A stretch of 63,586 nt of DNA, filler included, from Octopus bimaculoides (taxonomy: Eukaryota): assembly GCF_001194135.2 (NCBI RefSeq). It is 7 parts of 6 records of this genome, joined end to end, with 100 filler letters (N's around TTAATTAATTAA, not from the genome) between each part and the next. Parts side by side here need not be neighbours in the genome. Positions count along the whole stretch, not along the records: positions 62,355 to 63,586 come from NW_026376496.1; 6 more parts are not named here. One strand, given 5' to 3'. Numbering within the stretch: position 1 is the stretch's first letter; every line of letters starts with the position of its first letter. The notes beneath the pieces are model-generated. The model searched no databases and had not been told where the DNA came from. It saw only the letters and a list, made by a program, of their open reading frames with translations. Both the position numbers and the translations under genes were made by a program. Positions 62,540 to 63,586 of this stretch are shown piece by piece.

Positions 62540-63586
62540 TGATGGCTATAGTAGTTTGTAGTGGTGTGCTGTTGTGTAATAGTAGATGTTACAGTATATA
62601 GTGGTGATATCGTTTAACAGTAAACGTGGTAATTTGTAGCAATTGTACCACTGTATAATAATAGCAGAGGGCTGGTGGCGATGTGTAGTAGTCAGTGTTG
62701 CAGTTTGTAGTGGTCATGCCGTTGTGTAATAGCAGAGATGATCGTATGTAGTGGTAGAATATTAATTGGTGACCCGTTGTGTAAAAGTGATGGAGGTAGT
62801 ACGTAGTGGTAGTATTGTTATATGGTTAAAGTAGTAGTAGTGGTAGTAGTAGTAGAAGTAGTAGTAGTAGTAGTTATGTGGAATAGTAAATGTGGTAGTT
62901 ATGTCGTGGTGTTTTGTTAAAGTGAAGATGGAAGTGTGTGGCAACGGTGTTAGTGGACAGTAGTGGTATAGCTTTGTGCTGTGTTGATGTAGTTTTGGTT
63001 ATAGTGGTGGTGGTAGTCGTGGTGGTGACGGTGGTGGTGGTGGTGGTGTATAACAGCGGAAGTGTTATCTCATAGTAAGTATTGATGATGGCGATGGTGG
63101 TGGTATAGTAGTGGTGTTGTAGTGTTAGTAGTAGTGTTGTATAATACTAGTGGTGGTGTAGTTGTGAGATAAGTGTGGTATTACGCAGTAGTAGTGGTGT
63201 TATAGTGTAGTCATGGTGGTGTCACAGTAATTGGGTTGTGTTGTAATGTTGCTATGCTAGTGTTATGTTAATAGTGTTGTAGTAGTACTGTTGTGTTAGT
63301 GGTATCATAGTGTTGTTGTAGTGGTAGTGGTGTTGTAGTGGTACTGCTGAGTTGGTGACGGTAACAGTAGTAGAGTTGTATTAGTGTTGTTGCAGTGGTA
63401 ATGTTGTGTTGGTAGTGGTGATAGTGGTAGAGTTGTATTAATGGCGTTGTAGTGGTAGTGTTGTTGTATTAGTGCTATTGTAGTGGTAATGTAGTATTAG
63501 TGGTGTTGTAATGATACTGTTGTGTTGGTGGTGGTGACAGTGGTAGAGTTGTTTTAGTGATGCTGTTGTAGTAGAGTTGTTGTAGT
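62540..63586. repeat. Long degenerate (GTA/GTG/GTT)n low-complexity tract
   Basis: Trinucleotide periodicity, with a ~57-bp higher-order unit near the end. Confidence 0.85.

Noticed and set aside
1545-62944. The many long ORFs of the type [26 protein letters not shown] or poly-X in the ORF track
   Set aside because: They are translations of microsatellites and N-gaps, with no protein-like content.

Overview
This window is AT-rich, microsatellite-saturated eukaryotic DNA from a gapped short-read scaffold. By inference from the SINE motifs and repeat landscape it is an Octopus genome. It contains no complete protein-coding gene, no rRNA, no genuine tRNA and no CRISPR array. Almost all ORFs in the supplied track are translations of microsatellites or N-gaps. 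Well-supported content is mobile DNA: three tRNA-derived SINE families (labelled A, B and C here; about 30 copies, two with target-site duplications), four 3' remnants of restriction-like-endonuclease (R4/Dong-type) retrotransposons, an RTE LINE remnant, an L2/CR1-group LINE remnant, a decayed DD34D mariner and a hAT-type MITE with an 8-bp TSD. Weaker signals are several short splice-bounded candidate exons and promoter-like modules, mostly on the minus strand, suggesting the window lies in the 5' or long-intron part of an unidentified gene. The most interesting leads are three decayed Penelope-type minimal hammerhead ribozyme motifs sharing GAAACATAT, a recursive-splice-site signature at 39540, inverted SINE pairs (possible ADAR substrates) and a possible partnership between SINE-A and (TAA)n-targeting R4/Dong elements. 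I cannot support a claim of a genuinely new biological system; all leads need alignment or RNA-seq checks.
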